Source of the DNA: Podarcis filfolensis
Taxonomy: Eukaryota
Direction: 5' to 3' (one strand)
NCBI GenBank assembly: GCA_964270895.1
Contig: OZ185437.1
Length of the DNA: 64,000 nt
A model generated the notes under the pieces. It did no database searches, was not told where the DNA came from, and was given only the letters and a program-made list of their open reading frames with translations. The stretch's first letter is position 1; each line of letters begins with the position of its first letter. Shown here piece after piece: positions 11,625-25,275 of this stretch. The translations under genes and the position numbers were made by a program.

Positions 11625-11883
11625 CTGTATTTTTTGCTCTATAAGACTCACTTTTTCCCTCCTAAAAAGTAAGGGGAAATGTGTGTGAGTCTTATGGAGC
11701 GAATGCAGGCTGCACAGCTATCCCAGAAGCCAGAACAGCGAGAGGGATTGCTGCTTTCACTGCGCAGCGATCCCTCTTGCTGTTCTGGCTTCTGAGATTC
11801 AGAATATGTTTTTTCTTGTTTTCCTCCTCCAAAAACTGGGTACGTCTTGTGGTCTGGTGCGTCTTATAGAGCGAAAAATACGG
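11625..11883 (+). mobile_element. Tc1/mariner (Tc2/pogo-like) MITE, copy A, 259 bp
   Basis: TA|CTGTATTTTTTGCTCTATAAGAC ... GTCTTATAGAGCGAAAAATACGG|TA; TA TSD at 11623-11624 and 11884-11885; single central hairpin. Confidence 0.9.
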
Positions 11884-12032
11884 TAACTTGGGTAGAATGG
11901 TTTTTACCCCAAAATAACTTGGGTAGTATTTGTGTGAGAATGGAAAGAAGCAGCTGAATGGTAAAGGTAGTAAGCAGACAGCAATCTACCTTAAAGAGAA
12001 CTGTTAGATATTTCAGAAGTCAACAGAGTAGT

Positions 12033-12062
12033 AGTAGTAATAATAATAATAATAATAATAGT
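12033..12062. repeat. (TAG)n/(TAA)n microsatellite
   Basis: gtagtagtagtaataataataataataataata. Confidence 0.9.
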
Positions 12063-12504
12063 ATATACAAGAAGCTTGGTTGTTATAACTGACAAGGGGC
12101 AGAGAAGCACTCTTTCTTAGACTAATTTCTCTCTCTGCATACATGCATGTGCGCACACCCCCACACCCACGCACCCACCCACACCCCAATCGATCAGGAT
12201 CGGAGGGAGGAGCTTCCTTTAACTGGTCCTTATCACAGCTTGAGTTCTAAAGACAAAGTATTCAACCACTATTAGGCAGAGTGCTGCATTGCAAAAAAAA
12301 AAAAAAGCTTCATTAAACAAGCACATCTGTAGTTGTCTTTATTAACTTGATTTAAGTTAATAACTGCTGCTGTCAGGAGACAATATTTATTCCTCACTAT
12401 CTCGTATTGATCACTTCCCTATAACCAAGAGTGCCAGCCACTTTCATATGACACAGAAATCAGAAAATTTCTTCCCCCATTTGTCAATAAACATATAGAT
12501 GTTA

Positions 12505-13378
12505 AGGACTTGATGGGCTGCTCATCAAATCTGCAGAGGACACCAAACTAGGAGGGGTGCAATGCTGCTGGGATTCAAAATGACCTTAACCGATTGGAGA
12601 ACTAGGCCAAAACTAACAAAATGAATTTCAATAGGGACAAATGTACGGTTCTACACTTAGGAAGAACCAGCTGCACAAATATACTTGCTTGCCAGTAGTA
12701 CATGTGAAAATGATCTAGGGGTCTTAGTAGAGCACAAACTTAACATGAGTCAACAGTGTGATGCAGTGGCAAAAAAACACACACTACTGCTCTTCTAGGC
12801 TACATCAACAGAAGTATAGTGTCCTGATCAAGGGAAGTAATAGTTCCACTCCATTCTGGCTTTGTTTGACCACACCTGGAGTACTGTGTTCAGTTCTGGG
12901 CACCACAATTTAAGAAGAATATTGACAAGCTTGAATGTGTGCAGAGGGCAAACAAGATAATCAAGGGTCTGGAAACGAAGCCTTGTGAGGAACAGTCAAG
13001 GGAATTGGGTAATGTTTAGCTTGGTAAAGAGGAGGCTGAGAGGAGATATGTTAGCCATCTTCCAATATCTAAAGAGCTGTCACATGGAGGGAGGAGCAAG
13101 CTTGTTTTCTCCTCTGGAGGCTAGGACCCGAACCAATAGAACCAAGGTACATGAAATGAGATTCTGACTAAGTATCAGGAAGAACTTTCTGACTGTAAGA
13201 GCTGTTCATCAGTGGAGCAGACTCCTAGAAGAGGTGGTGGACTGTCTGTCCTTGGAAGTTTTTCAGCAGAGGTTCGACAATCATCTGTGATGGATGCTTT
13301 AGTTGAGATTCCTGCATTGCAGGGGGTTGGGTTAGATGTCCTGTGGGGTCCCTTCCAAGCCTACAATGTTATGATTCT
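12505..13378 (+). mobile_element. CR1 LINE, 5'-truncated (end of RT ORF2 plus 3' UTR), degenerate
   Basis: 'ctcatcaaatctgcagaggacaccaaactaggagg' (LIKFADDTKLGG-like), ...[14 protein letters not shown]-like segment, ORF 12985 '[20 protein letters not shown]', tail 'ggggtcccttccaagcctacaatgttatgattcta'. Confidence 0.92.
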
Positions 13379-15964
13379 AGTTTGGTTCTGTGAATTGGGC
13401 CTTCCCTTTCATTCCACTTACCATTTTCAGCTACTAGGGGAAAAAGCTGGTTTGGTCATTTGTGTGTGAAAATGGAATATAACATTGGCTGTGGACTTTT
13501 GCTCCGACTTTATCAATACACTTTAATGCATTCTTGGCTTTAGTTCTTCCAGGCCATGCTGAGTCATGGTTCTTTGTATGGAGCAGCAACTGTGGGCTCA
13601 ACGCTGAATGATCAGGGAGGGTGGGAGAGCAATCCCTGCCTGATAGAGCTTACGGTCTGTAAGGTGATAAAATGCAGCTCTGGCACTGTAAGAAAACCAA
13701 GAGATGAATTTACTTGGTTCTGGCTAGTGGGGCTGCAGGGATTTCTCTTACTGAAGGATGGATTAGTTGCTGAGCCTAGAAATAGTCAAATAGGTTTTCA
13801 TTGGGAGAAGCCAACTCTTCTCTCGGCTTCTGGAACTAAATGTTGAAGAGTTTGAAGGAGAAATAAATGGGAAATTATTGAGCAACATAGGGCATACAAT
13901 TCTAAGGCACACACAGGAAGCGGTTCTGAAAGTTGAATAAACTGATTAAATTCCCCCTTGCCCACCCTGCCCACATGTCCTAAACAAGTGTAGAAGCTTG
14001 GTTGCCATCCGTCTATTTTGCACATGATGTGTAAGAGCTCCTACACATTTGCCAAAATCCATTGCAGTGGGTTGTAGTGTGACAGCAGGAAATGCAAAAT
14101 GTTGAATAATGTGGGTTTTAACAAAACATGTGTATCTTTTTAAATGCCTTCTGATGATGTAAGACTTCCCTCCATGGCCATGTCACTTCTCTCCATGAAT
14201 TGTCTTGCTTTTCAGTTTAAAGCGGATTTAGTTGTTGCTATGGGATGCCCAGGTGCTTCTTCCTAATTTCAATGATTGTGTGTGATTGATTCTGAGGCCC
14301 AGCGGGACAGCCCTCTGCTTTTTTTCAGAGCCTTTTTGTGTCTGTAGCTTTCCTTATGGACATAGAAACACTGGGAAGATTCATTAAATTCTCATTTCCT
14401 GCTGTTTTAGAGCTTGATATACATTACAGCTGCTCTTGTGGGCGGATTGTTGAGAATCCTGATGATCTTGCTCTCAATGGGCAGGGAAGGCTGGAAGCAA
14501 TGGCTTTAGTACCTGGTATCCTTGGGCAACTGCCATGGCCCTCTGCTCCAGCAGGGCTTGCTGCAATACATAAAAAAAAGCGCCTGGTCCAGGACTATGA
14601 GCGTCACCAGGAAGCTGTGTTTAGCAACCATTTAAATTTCCCACAGTGCCCTGGATCACCACTACATTGGGAGCATTGTAGAAAACAAAATGGCCGCTAG
14701 ACCCAACTGCCTGGTCCTGGCATCAACAAGCAGGGGTCACCAATGGAAGAACGGCTCAGACGCTACCTCTGCCTTTCCCTGTCCTCCCAGGAAGGCAAAG
14801 GAACCTTTGGAAAACAAAAGGCGTAGGAAGAAGCTGCTTCCTTGAGAGGAATTTCATTCATTCTTTCTTCTTTTAATCTTCTGGTTTTATTCAGTGAAAT
14901 GCAGTCAATTTGCAAATTGCAACTCTTCTCTGCTGCTTCCCCAATAAACACCAGATTGTTTTAAAGAGCCCACCTGCAAGCAAGGTGGAGACTGACTCTT
15001 TCCTCTGGGCAAGGAGCTGTTCCCTTCTCCTCTGATTTTTCCTGGAACTCCTTTACCTTCTTGGGAGGGTGGGGAAAGGTTAGGTTGGGCTAGTGCTCCA
15101 AGCTACTTGAAAGGAGATCTTCAGGACTCTAAGCGGCCAGTTTCTGACAGGAGCAGCTGGAACATGTAGCCAGGCATCTAAGCGCTGTGTGACAATCAGT
15201 GCCACTGGGTGCTAAGGGCTGCTTCAGACATTTCAAATCTAGCAAGTGTGCCGTATGAATCCATGCTGTGTTCTGTGAGAGATGTTCCCTAAAGGAACTA
15301 AGTTCTCATTCTCAAACCATTTCATTGTTTCCCCCCATATGTGTGAGGCATGGGAGGGACCACAGTTCTCTTTACTTCCTCACTGCATACACTAATGTTG
15401 AAGCCTACACATTGTCCACTTGAAGCATGATGGACTATTCTGTGGTGGTGTCTCCAGGGCTGTGTGTTGCTATTGCACAATGTTACTTTAAGTTGCCTTT
15501 CTTTGGAGAGGCATGAAAGGGGCCTAAAATAATTTTATTATCAAAACCAAATTGGGTACCCCCCCTCAATTTAATGGCATAGCCTTTAAATAAAAAAAAA
15601 AAATGGAAGGAGATTGTAGCATGTACCGAAAGTGCCATGTAAGTGATTATTGTTGTTAATTATATGTTCCAAGATTGAGTGTAACTGGATACTAAACTGT
15701 ATATAAAGATTTTGTAGACTATAAATGTAGAACTACTTTCTCTTCTAGAGAAAAACCTAGTTTCTCATTCACATGTGCCCATGTATGTGCATGAAAGTTA
15801 AAATGGCCCATTGATTAATATTGAAGAGTATGAACTAAACATTATGTAGTCAAACTAGTTTAAAATAAGCCATGGGCATACACAAGTAAAAATGATTAGA
15901 ATGATAGACAGGTTACCTGAAAATACATGGAGCCTGGTTGGTTTCATCCTGGCTTATTGGCTTG

Positions 15965-16335
15965 TGACAAAGCAGGCCTTTTCACTGGTGGTGCCAGTGT
16001 TGTGGATTGCTCTCCCTGCTGAAATACGAAGGATCTGTTGGTATTGGCTTTCTGAAGACACATCTGTTTAGCCAAGCATTTTCCTGACCTGAACCTCTTG
16101 TTTTTAATTCTTTTAATTGCTTTTTAAACTCTTAATTGTGCTATTTTAATTGGTTTGTTTTATTGGACATTTGAATTAAATTGTAGCTGTTTATTTTAAG
16201 GTTTTGATGGAATTGTTTTATTATCTGTTTTAATTGTGTCTGTTTATTTAGTGTGGGTTTTTTTGTAATTGGTTGTATACTTATAAACTGCTTACAAACC
16301 TTGGCAGTTGAGGGGTATATAAATCAATAAGTAAG
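15965..16335 (+). mobile_element. Old L2 LINE 3' end
   Basis: 'aggccttttcactggtggtgccag...tgtggattgctctccc...tgaagacacatctgtttagccaagcattt', a T-rich tract, then '...gaggggtatataaatcaataa'. Confidence 0.55.
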
Positions 16336-17227
16336 GCTATAGTGGGCATTTTAGTACTTGAAGGCCCCTTAAAGAGTTATATCACTTTCTTTCAGTATGT
16401 TAATCGGGCCTTGGAACTTCCCCAAACATAGCAAAGATAGACGGAATCCTCTATCAAGGCTGGAGGCACCCGGCAGGCTCTTGATAAGTTCTTAACATGT
16501 TGCGTGGGGTCCCCTGATAAACTGAACTCTAAGGAAGTGTGCTTTTGATATGGTTTTAGATCTGCCCCATGATGTCTGTGCATTGACATGCCTAGGGGAA
16601 AGGTTTTTTTAAAATCTGTCATTGTAAAAAATGTGTGTAATGGTAGCATGCCTTTGTAATGGTGAAGAATTTAGCATATCCCCTGCAACATGAGGGTTGA
16701 TCTATATAAATACTGAAAAAAATTATAGTATAAAATAGTTAATCATTAGAAATCCCGGTATGTCAGGATTTCTCCGATCTCACTTTAGGACCATTTTCTC
16801 TTAATCCTGAACCCAACAAAATGTTATATATATTCCATAAAAAGCCTCATTTTCTCCATTTATGCATTTCTTTTGTGAGTTCATGCTGTTTTATTTGTGT
16901 ATGTTTGCCTGACTGTTACCACATGCTATACTTTCTAACCTTTTGTCTAAACTAGGAAATGAGGTGTGATTAGCAATTTTGATAAGTAGCATGTATTACC
17001 TTGACACATTTTCGAGCATTGCTTAGTAGCGAGGGTAAATAGAAGGTGCACCCTGCTTCTTATATGTAAAAAGGCTGCTTCCCCACCAGTAGAAATGGGG
17101 GGCTCTGTGTTGGGAGATGTGTCAGCTTTAGGAGCTAAGACTAAAGGACATGGAGAGTATAGGAATTGGGGACTTTCCCAAACGGGTGGATGTGAGGGTA
17201 AACACCCACCCACTGAAAGTTTTATTA

Positions 17228-17975
17228 CCGTATTTTTCGCACCATAGGACGCACTTTTCCCCTCCTAAAAAGCAAGGGAAAATGTGTGTGCGTCCTATGG
17301 AGCGAATGCAGGGGGGAGGCAGGCGGGAAAAGCCCCCAAGAGCTGCACACAAGCTCCGTGCGCTCTTGCGGGCTTTTCCACAGGAGGGAGAAGGGACTGA
17401 CTGGCCGCATCAGTCCCTTCTCCCACCTCCCAGAAAAGCCAGGAGAAGCCGCAATCTCTTTAAAGGAGTTGCGCAGCTTCTGCCGGTTTTGCGGGAGGTG
17501 GGTGAATCCCCCCACCTCCCAGTAAAGCCAGGAAAGCCCTGTGCAACGTCTCCCGGCAAGGAGAGGCTGCACGGGGCTAAAGAAGCCAAAACAGCGAGCG
17601 GGATCCATCCCGCTTGCTGCTTTGGCTTGCTCCATAGCTGCGCGCGACCCCTCCGGCAAGGAGAGGCTGCACGGGGCTAAAGGGGAAGCCAAAACACCGA
17701 GCGGGATCCATCCCGCTTGCTGCTTTGGCTTGCTCCATAGCTGCGCGCAACCCCTCCGGCAAGGAGAGGCTGCACGGGGCTATGGAGTCTTTAGCCCCGT
17801 GCAGCCTCTCCTGGCAATAGCCATAGCCGCGCGCAACCCCTCCGGCAGGGAGAGGTTGTGCGCAGCCTGTACGCTGCTCTTTGGGGCTGGGGGGGACTTT
17901 TTTTCTCTTGATTTCCCCCCCTAAAAACTGGGTGTGCCCTATGGTCCGGTGCGCCCTATGGTGCGAAAAATACGG
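17228..17975 (+). mobile_element. Tc2/pogo-like MITE, copy B, 748 bp, with internal hairpin tandem array
   Basis: TA|CCGTATTTTTCGCACCATAGGACGCAC ... GTGCGCCCTATGGTGCGAAAAATACGG|TA; ~100-bp units starting at 17553, 17653, 17756 and 17842. Confidence 0.92.
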
Positions 17976-20900
17976 TAAGTGTTTTGCAAAATATATGGGC
18001 TGGATTGCATATGAAGAGGCCAACTGCTGAGTTCCATCTCTTAAGTGGCAATCCTAACACATGAATTCTGTAGGGCTTACTGCCAGGTATGTGGCGTTAG
18101 GACTGCAGCCCTAGTCGATATTAGCCTTCTGCTGAGGTATGTTTTTCTGTCCTTTAGGACGTAAACATATTTCGAAATGTTCTATAAGCAGGGAACAGGA
18201 GGAGCAAGGCATATTTCTGTGTGGTGTGAACTGAAGCATTTTAGGGTTCATCAGAAGACACCTTCCCTCACCTTAAGAATTAACTGAACTTGTGATGAGG
18301 GGAGCAGAACTGTGCTTATTAGCACTGCCCCAGAGTCTGAGACTAGATCTGCGTTATAAATTTAAAGCTCAACGCAACTGACTTTTCTCCCTCTCTTCTC
18401 CCCTTGCACCAACTGCTGAGTTCCATCTCCCCAACCCACCATTTGTGGATGGTGCTGGGCACATGCAGAGCAAGGAAGAAGGACATTCCTGTTGCTCTAG
18501 TGCTCATCCTTGCACCTAGTGGAAATATTTTGCTGAATGTTGCCCCATGATACCACCTTAACACTCATGGCTTCCCCTACAGGATCCTGGGAACCAAACA
18601 TTGTCAAGGGTGGCAAAACTACACTTCCCAAGAGCCTTTGGGGGAGGCCATGACTATTAAAGTGGTATCACAGCGCTTTAAATATTGAGTGCGGATGTGG
18701 CCTGACATCCTCCTGTGGCCCCGTGTTTGGCATTTATGAGAGAGTTGTGTATGTGCACAGATCTCTTTCTCACAACTGGGAACCCTGAGCCTGTCATAGT
18801 CCCCAAGCACATGGAAGCGCCCATCTCATGCACAATCCTTTCACATTAACACTAAATGCCCAGGAGAATTAGCCATGTTCCACCCCATATTCAATATATG
18901 TATTTGGGGGTAGAATATCTGTAGAGCTCAGTTGTCAACCAAACATAGAAGCTCTGAAAAATCTGTCTGTCTCTTTGTACTGGAGATTGCTTCCTGAGAT
19001 GGGTAGGTCAAGCTGGCTTCCATTATCTTTGTTGCTGGCTTGACTCTCTGGAGAGGAGGAAAGCCTCTCTCTCTTGGGATGCATGCGGGTAGAGAAATAG
19101 TTAGCTTTGCTGGTTTCAGTGGAAGTGAACAATGGGAGGAGTTTTTAGTGGGGTGGGGGAGCAGGGAACAAAATATAAAATGTAAATGTTTTCAAGAATG
19201 AAACTGCATTTCAACAGATCACGCGACTCTGCAGTTATAACCTGCGTATCAAGGGCTGACTATCTTACTGTGCCATGAGTTGTGACCCATGGTTTTATTT
19301 CTGCATTCAGATATTGGAATAATAGCCACTGTTTATCATTGTCGATATGAAGCACTTAGCTAGAGTTGCTAATTTTGGTGTAAACATAATGTAGCTACTT
19401 AATATCCCGAGTCATTTATTAACAACTTGACAAAAGAAATGACAAACTTCACAATGGTGGTTCATTACCAGAAGAATGTTCACGAGTCTCTCAAGTCCCG
19501 TGCTTAATCTCTGTTCTGTTTAAAAAAGAAGCAAGCTTAACATTGAACGTAGAGGATTCATGTTTTGCACTTGTAAAGAGGTTTAAACTCAGACCTTTTA
19601 GCGGATATCCCTTAGAAATCAGTCAGCTATATTTTTTACATGCAGAAAAGTATTGAATGGTGTTTGTTTTTGCATAAGCTGCTGTTGTTTGTTTAAATCT
19701 GTTTTCATGTTTTAAAAGTCTTCTGAGTTGCCACTTTTGCTTCTGGTAACCCTACACAGTGAGAGTTTTGGATCAATGACAAAAGGAGGCATGACATTGG
19801 ATTTTCAAGTAATTCAGGATAACTGTGTCCACATCAACAAAAACAAGACACATCCTGGGTGAAATTCTTCAGTCAGCCATTAAATTTTCTCCCAAAGATT
19901 GAAAGTCTATAGACTGAATCTCTGATTTTATGTAGCATTTTTCTCCAACCGTTTATCATATACAAATCCAGTTAAAAACAGGATGTTATCCACCACTGTA
20001 AACATTTTGCAGAGTGGCAGAGGAGGTTTGCTTTCTATCAGTAGTTGTCTTGTTTGTTTCATTTTATATAATAGCTTATATTCATTTTATATAACAGCTT
20101 TCCCATACAGAAGAGTGGTGCTATTACACTCTGCTTGGAACTCTTCGAAAGAACAAAACTGGAACTGATACAGGTCCTGTTGTTTTTCTCATTAGAACCC
20201 TGCAACCAGAGTCCTTCATTCCAATTGCCCTTCCCATTCATTCTTTTCAGGGGTGTTTACTTGAAAGTAGTTTGCCAAATCAGGGAAGCTGGGGACATGC
20301 AGAAACATGCACCATGAAAATAACCTACTTGTTATTGCTTTCCATTTGGATGTGTTTAGGGCTTGCCACACATTTTATTTTATTAAAGCCAACAGAGTAG
20401 CTTCTGGCTTTCCCAATCCGAAGAACAGGGTGATCACATGTGGTTATGTGATTTAGTGAGATTCTTCCTGATTTCTGCTAATATAATTTCAAGTTGTCAG
20501 GGTGTTCGAATTAACTTCTCGGGGTTGCTTTGTTAGGTTACATTTCGTGTTTGGGAGCACAACATGAACATGGGCCCTATATGTAAGCGGCACTCCATCC
20601 ATAAATTGTGAATTCCCACCCATCCCTTGCAAAAATAGTCATAAGTGACGACCGAGAAAGGAGCCAGCTCTCTGCCCATCACCACCTATGTATTCTATAG
20701 GCAAAGGCTACTCATAATTTAAACATAAAGGCACCATCCAGAAATGATGCTGAGCATGTATATTTTGTATTCTAGAGCTTTCAAGTAGAAAAGATTGAAA
20801 AATTCAAATTTGTTTTTAGATCTTAGCAATAAAAGCCGCAAAACTCCCAAAAGAATAAAAAAAGACGATTTGTGACCAAACACTGATGCAGTAAAAAATC

Positions 20901-21819
20901 GTTTTCTGTACATTTGCAGGATCTCCATAATAGCTTGCCCCCTGTTAGTGAGCAAAGTAATTCAAACATTTGGAGGTTTGACCAATAATCCTTTCTACCT
21001 AGCATAGAAAGTATTTGAGATACTTTGATCTTTCCATAATGAACATTGTACAAATGATGCAGCAGGTCTTTAAGAAGCCCACTTCCACATACATAGTGCC
21101 TCAAAGTATATGGTATTGTCCTATAATGGCCATTTGGGATAGCAGTGGCTATTCGTTGACTGGAAAAGAGTAGGTCTCCTAATTGGATATTTAGTAAGAG
21201 TAGATAAGTAGCTTTCGTACCCATGAGAACATTTAATCATATAATAACAGGGGGGAAGTGAATGAAGCAGTCCGCAGGGCCTGTAGCTGGATGCCCTGTT
21301 GTCAAATCGAATGCCTTAATTGTGTTTCATAATATTAGGAGCCTCTAAGACTATGAAATGGAGTTGCTACCGCTTTGGAGAAGAGAAACATAATCATTAG
21401 TCATTTTAATAAGGGAGCTGGAAATATATGAAAAGTTTAAAATTTCCTTGCTTACTAACATTAAGAGTGAAATGTGACAGCTGTCAGATCAATAGAAGAG
21501 TTCCCACCTGGTGCAGGAGCACCCATGAGGGGTCATTTTGGAGATGTGGAACAGGTAGATAGAACAGGGGGCGCATAACCCAATCTGCTGCTGGATCCTA
21601 AATCCTATAATGTTGGGGACATCCACTTTGTTACAGTGATATGTTATGCTGGTAAAAATTTGTGACAAGGGAAGTTGGTGTGGTATGCAGAGGCTTGTAA
21701 TTATGGTGTGCAGTTGATACTTATTCCTCCTACCTCTTTGAAAGTATAAAAGCAGTTCCTAGCAGCGCACCTTGTAAGAGTAGGATAAGTTTGCTCCTTT
21801 AGCTCTTTTTAGAATTTGC

Positions 21820-21866
21820 TATTATTATTATTATTATTATTGTTGTTGTTGTTGTTGTTGTTGTTC
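21820..21866. repeat. (ATT)n(GTT)n compound microsatellite
   Basis: attattatta...ttgttgttgtt run. Confidence 0.9.
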
Positions 21867-22744
21867 TTAGTACCTGGATGCTGCTATATTTATTGCTTTG
21901 CAAATGCATATGTAGATTATGTAGTCCACTGCTCACTTGAATTTATCAACCATCTTTGAATATCAGTCAAGTTGGGTTCCAGATGATGGTGTGCATTTAG
22001 GGTGAAGTGAAACTCACATGAGATATGGTCTATGGAAAAGACTTCTTAGAAAGAGTGCATATTTGCACAAGTCTGGATCCAACCCATAGACAGATAGATC
22101 CATCCATCCATAAATAACGTACATAGACAACATTGTAGAAAGAAAATTGTGTCATTTATTTAAACAATAACAATTTATTCACCCATAGTTTTACATCTGA
22201 AGACACCTTAATATACATTTTGATCCTCTTTTATCAGATGCGCTGGTGCACATATTTTCAGAAAGAGGCATGTGGGGTATGAAGTAACAGCTTGCTTCAT
22301 GTTTTGAGATGAAGACCAGATCCTTCAATATGAGTTGGAATTATGTCATTAACTTGTATGCGGATCACACCTTGTGCCTCATATAAACACTTGTGCGTAT
22401 GATTGAGCATCTAAGTGGAGCAGAACAGATTCTTAGCAAAGTACTGTTTACCCCCTCAAGGGCTTTGTCTGATTTCATAACGCCATACATCCTCTTGTGA
22501 CATACCGCCTTCTTCTGGAGCTTGCATGCATTTGCCAGTATTGATAGAGATGGAATAGCTGATACCAAACAATGAGGTGGAATGATTTCTGTGGATATGT
22601 ATAACTGCTCTCTTCTGTTCTCCACCAGTCCTGCATTGAAGTTGTCTTGGAATGAGCCTCTGCTGTTCGGCATTGTCAATCAATTTTGGGTCATGTTGAA
22701 CTGGATCCTCCCCAGTGGATGGGTCATTTGGCAAAATTTGTGAC

Positions 22745-23040
22745 TAATAATAATAAAAAATTATTATTTGTACCCTGCCTATCTGGCTGGGTTTCCCCAG
22801 CCACTCTGGGCGGCTTCCAACAGAGATAAAAAATACATTAAAACATCAATCATTAAAAACTTCCCTAAACAGGGCTGCCTTCAGATGTCTTCTAAACGTC
22901 AGGTAGTTGTTTATCTCTTTGACATCTGATGGAAGGGCGTTCCACAGGGTGGGTGCCACTACCGAGAAGGCCCCCTGCCTAGTTCCCTGTAACTTGGCTT
23001 CTCGTAGTGAGGGAACTGCCAGAAGGCCCTCAGTGCTGAA
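22745..23040 (-). mobile_element. L2 LINE 3' end
   Basis: (taa)n tail plus 'tttgtaccctgcctatctggctgggtttccccagccactctgggcggc...cagggctgccttcagatgtcttctaa...gcgttccacagggtgggtgccactaccgagaaggcc'; same family as copies at 30420 and 45466. Confidence 0.85.
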
Positions 23041-25139
23041 TCTTTATGCCACATAAATGTTTCTTAGCATGGTCATATGATAAAATAGAACTTTAAAGAA
23101 ACAGTGTTTGTTAATATGGTACTTATTGATGAAATGCCTCAAGATTAGAACTTGACAAAATAGGATTTCCTAATGATCTTGCAGTAAGCAAGGTCAGCAG
23201 GACACTAGCTACAGCTAGTTAAGATTAAGAACTAGGATGATTAAAAACAAGTTCAGAAGTTTTGACAGCATCATCACATTCTTGGTAGGTTTAGGACACC
23301 ATGACCTACAGTATCAGTCGCAGCTGGTCAATCCAAGAATATAAATAGTGAAAAGAACATTGAATTGGCTGGGAGAAAAGGTTCACTTTGGGTTTTTCCA
23401 ACAGCTGTTTCCAGGCTGCAGCTTTGATTGAAGTTTACAAGTTGATCAAGTCAACTTGTGAGCGGACCTGGAACATGATAGTGGTATATTTAAAGTGGTA
23501 ATTACAGCTAAACAATGTGATATATTCATATTTGGGTAGTATTCACCACTTCAGATTTTCCTTGGTTATAGCTGTGTTCTTATGTCCAGTGGTGATGTCC
23601 ACATACGTCTACTTAATTATAGGGTTAAAAAGGCTTTGTGGAACTTGAATTATTAAACTATTGTTTGTACTACAGGATTTAAGCCTTTGTAATTTATTTG
23701 CAGTGGCCAACATCTTCAAACCATATTGAGATTGTTTGTGGATAATTTACCAGCCTGATATATCAGCACCTTATTGTTTCCATGTGCAAGGTGCTTTCAA
23801 ATACAGACAGACGTTCAATGGACATTTTTTCCTAAGTGGAATACATTTTGTCTGAGCAGAATAATAACTTTAAAACTAGTTGATAACATCCACTTGCCAC
23901 AGTTGAATCCGTATCTATGATGACTCCCATTGCTCAGTGAAGGAGCATATTAATGTAATAAATTTGACATTTAGCCACTCTAGCACTTATCTACATATAA
24001 TGGTAATGCTCATTCATGTAGCCATTTTTCCTTAGAATAAGCTCGGAAGCATTACTTTGTTGAAGGATGATCACATCTTTATTCTCTGGGGGTCTCTCCC
24101 CTGGAAGTGGGCCAAACCTAGGGCCTCTTTCAGAAATTCTCAAGATCTCTTCAATTGCTGGCTTTCAGTGGGATGACTTAAACTTTTGTTTTATTTTTGC
24201 TTGCTCTCATTTTACTTTTGTGTGTATGTTTTTATCAATGTGGCCACCCCGTGCCCTGGGGATGAGGTACATGAGAAAGAGTATAGGTACTCATTTTGTC
24301 CTAAGTTATGGTTTTGTGAGAGTCTTTTGCCAAAGTGTTTCATATGGCATGTCAGTTATGGAACTCATAACTGGATTAACCATTAAGCAAAATAAGCACG
24401 TGCTTAAGGCATCAAGAGAAGGGGGGGGTAACCACAGAAAATTTCTGTTGCTGGATTTATTATGGACCATATGATGCAGCTGAACTAGGTTCCACAAAAA
24501 AGACTCCCACGATAAATGAAAAAACACATACAACAATAAAAAATATTAAATATAAAATTGTAAGAGATTAATAATACATGGTTTATTATTGTTTATATTT
24601 TTAATTAGATATATTTGGGGGCACCAAAAGCTTTTAAAAATGCTTAGGTCATCTAAAGGTCTTAACCCAACCCTGTATTTCAGGACTGTTTCCAAAGCCT
24701 ATTAAGCCTGCTGGTAGATGGTCAGTGGAAGAACCAGTCACCCACATCCCTTCCCACCCACCCCCAAGCAAAACCAAGCCTGAATTTCTAAACTCTTCTC
24801 ACCTGTCAATCTGTAAGGTGCATTCAAGAAATTATCTGTGGTAAATGTGCTGCATCCCTGCATTTAGAGAAGAGAGAGAACAATGAATATTACCCAGAGT
24901 TTAAATGCTGTTGCTTTACATGGGGCTTAAACTGGTTTTGCCTTTCCCTAGATTGAGCCCAGTAAGTAGCAAGTTGTATTACTCATGGTATCACATTTGA
25001 AACAGGTGCATTGTGTATTATTTTCATAAATGGGGCTCTTTCATTAAGAATGGTAACAGGGCAATAGTTCAATGAGAATTTGCTTGCTTGTTTTATATGC
25101 CAAGGAGCTCAACATGGCGTATATGTTTCTTCCATGCTT

Positions 25140-25275
25140 GTCCCCCCACTTCAGCCTATGAGGTGGGTTAGGTTGAGAGGTAGTGACTAATGCAAGGTCA
25201 CCTAGTGAGCCTCATGGCTGAGTGGGGATTTGAACCCTGGTCTTCCAGGTCCCAGTGCAACATTCTACACCACAG
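25140..25275 (-). mobile_element. Older CORE-type SINE (Squam3A/MIR-like)
   Basis: Reverse complement: gtggtgtagaatgttgcactgggacctggaagaccagggttcaaatccccactcagccatgaggctcactaggtgaccttg... (A/B boxes plus CORE). Confidence 0.75.

Noticed and set aside
14338-14830. GC-richer stretch with a 120-aa ORF, considered as a cryptic exon or retrogene
   Set aside because: No recognisable protein similarity, splice pair, poly-A tail or TSD.
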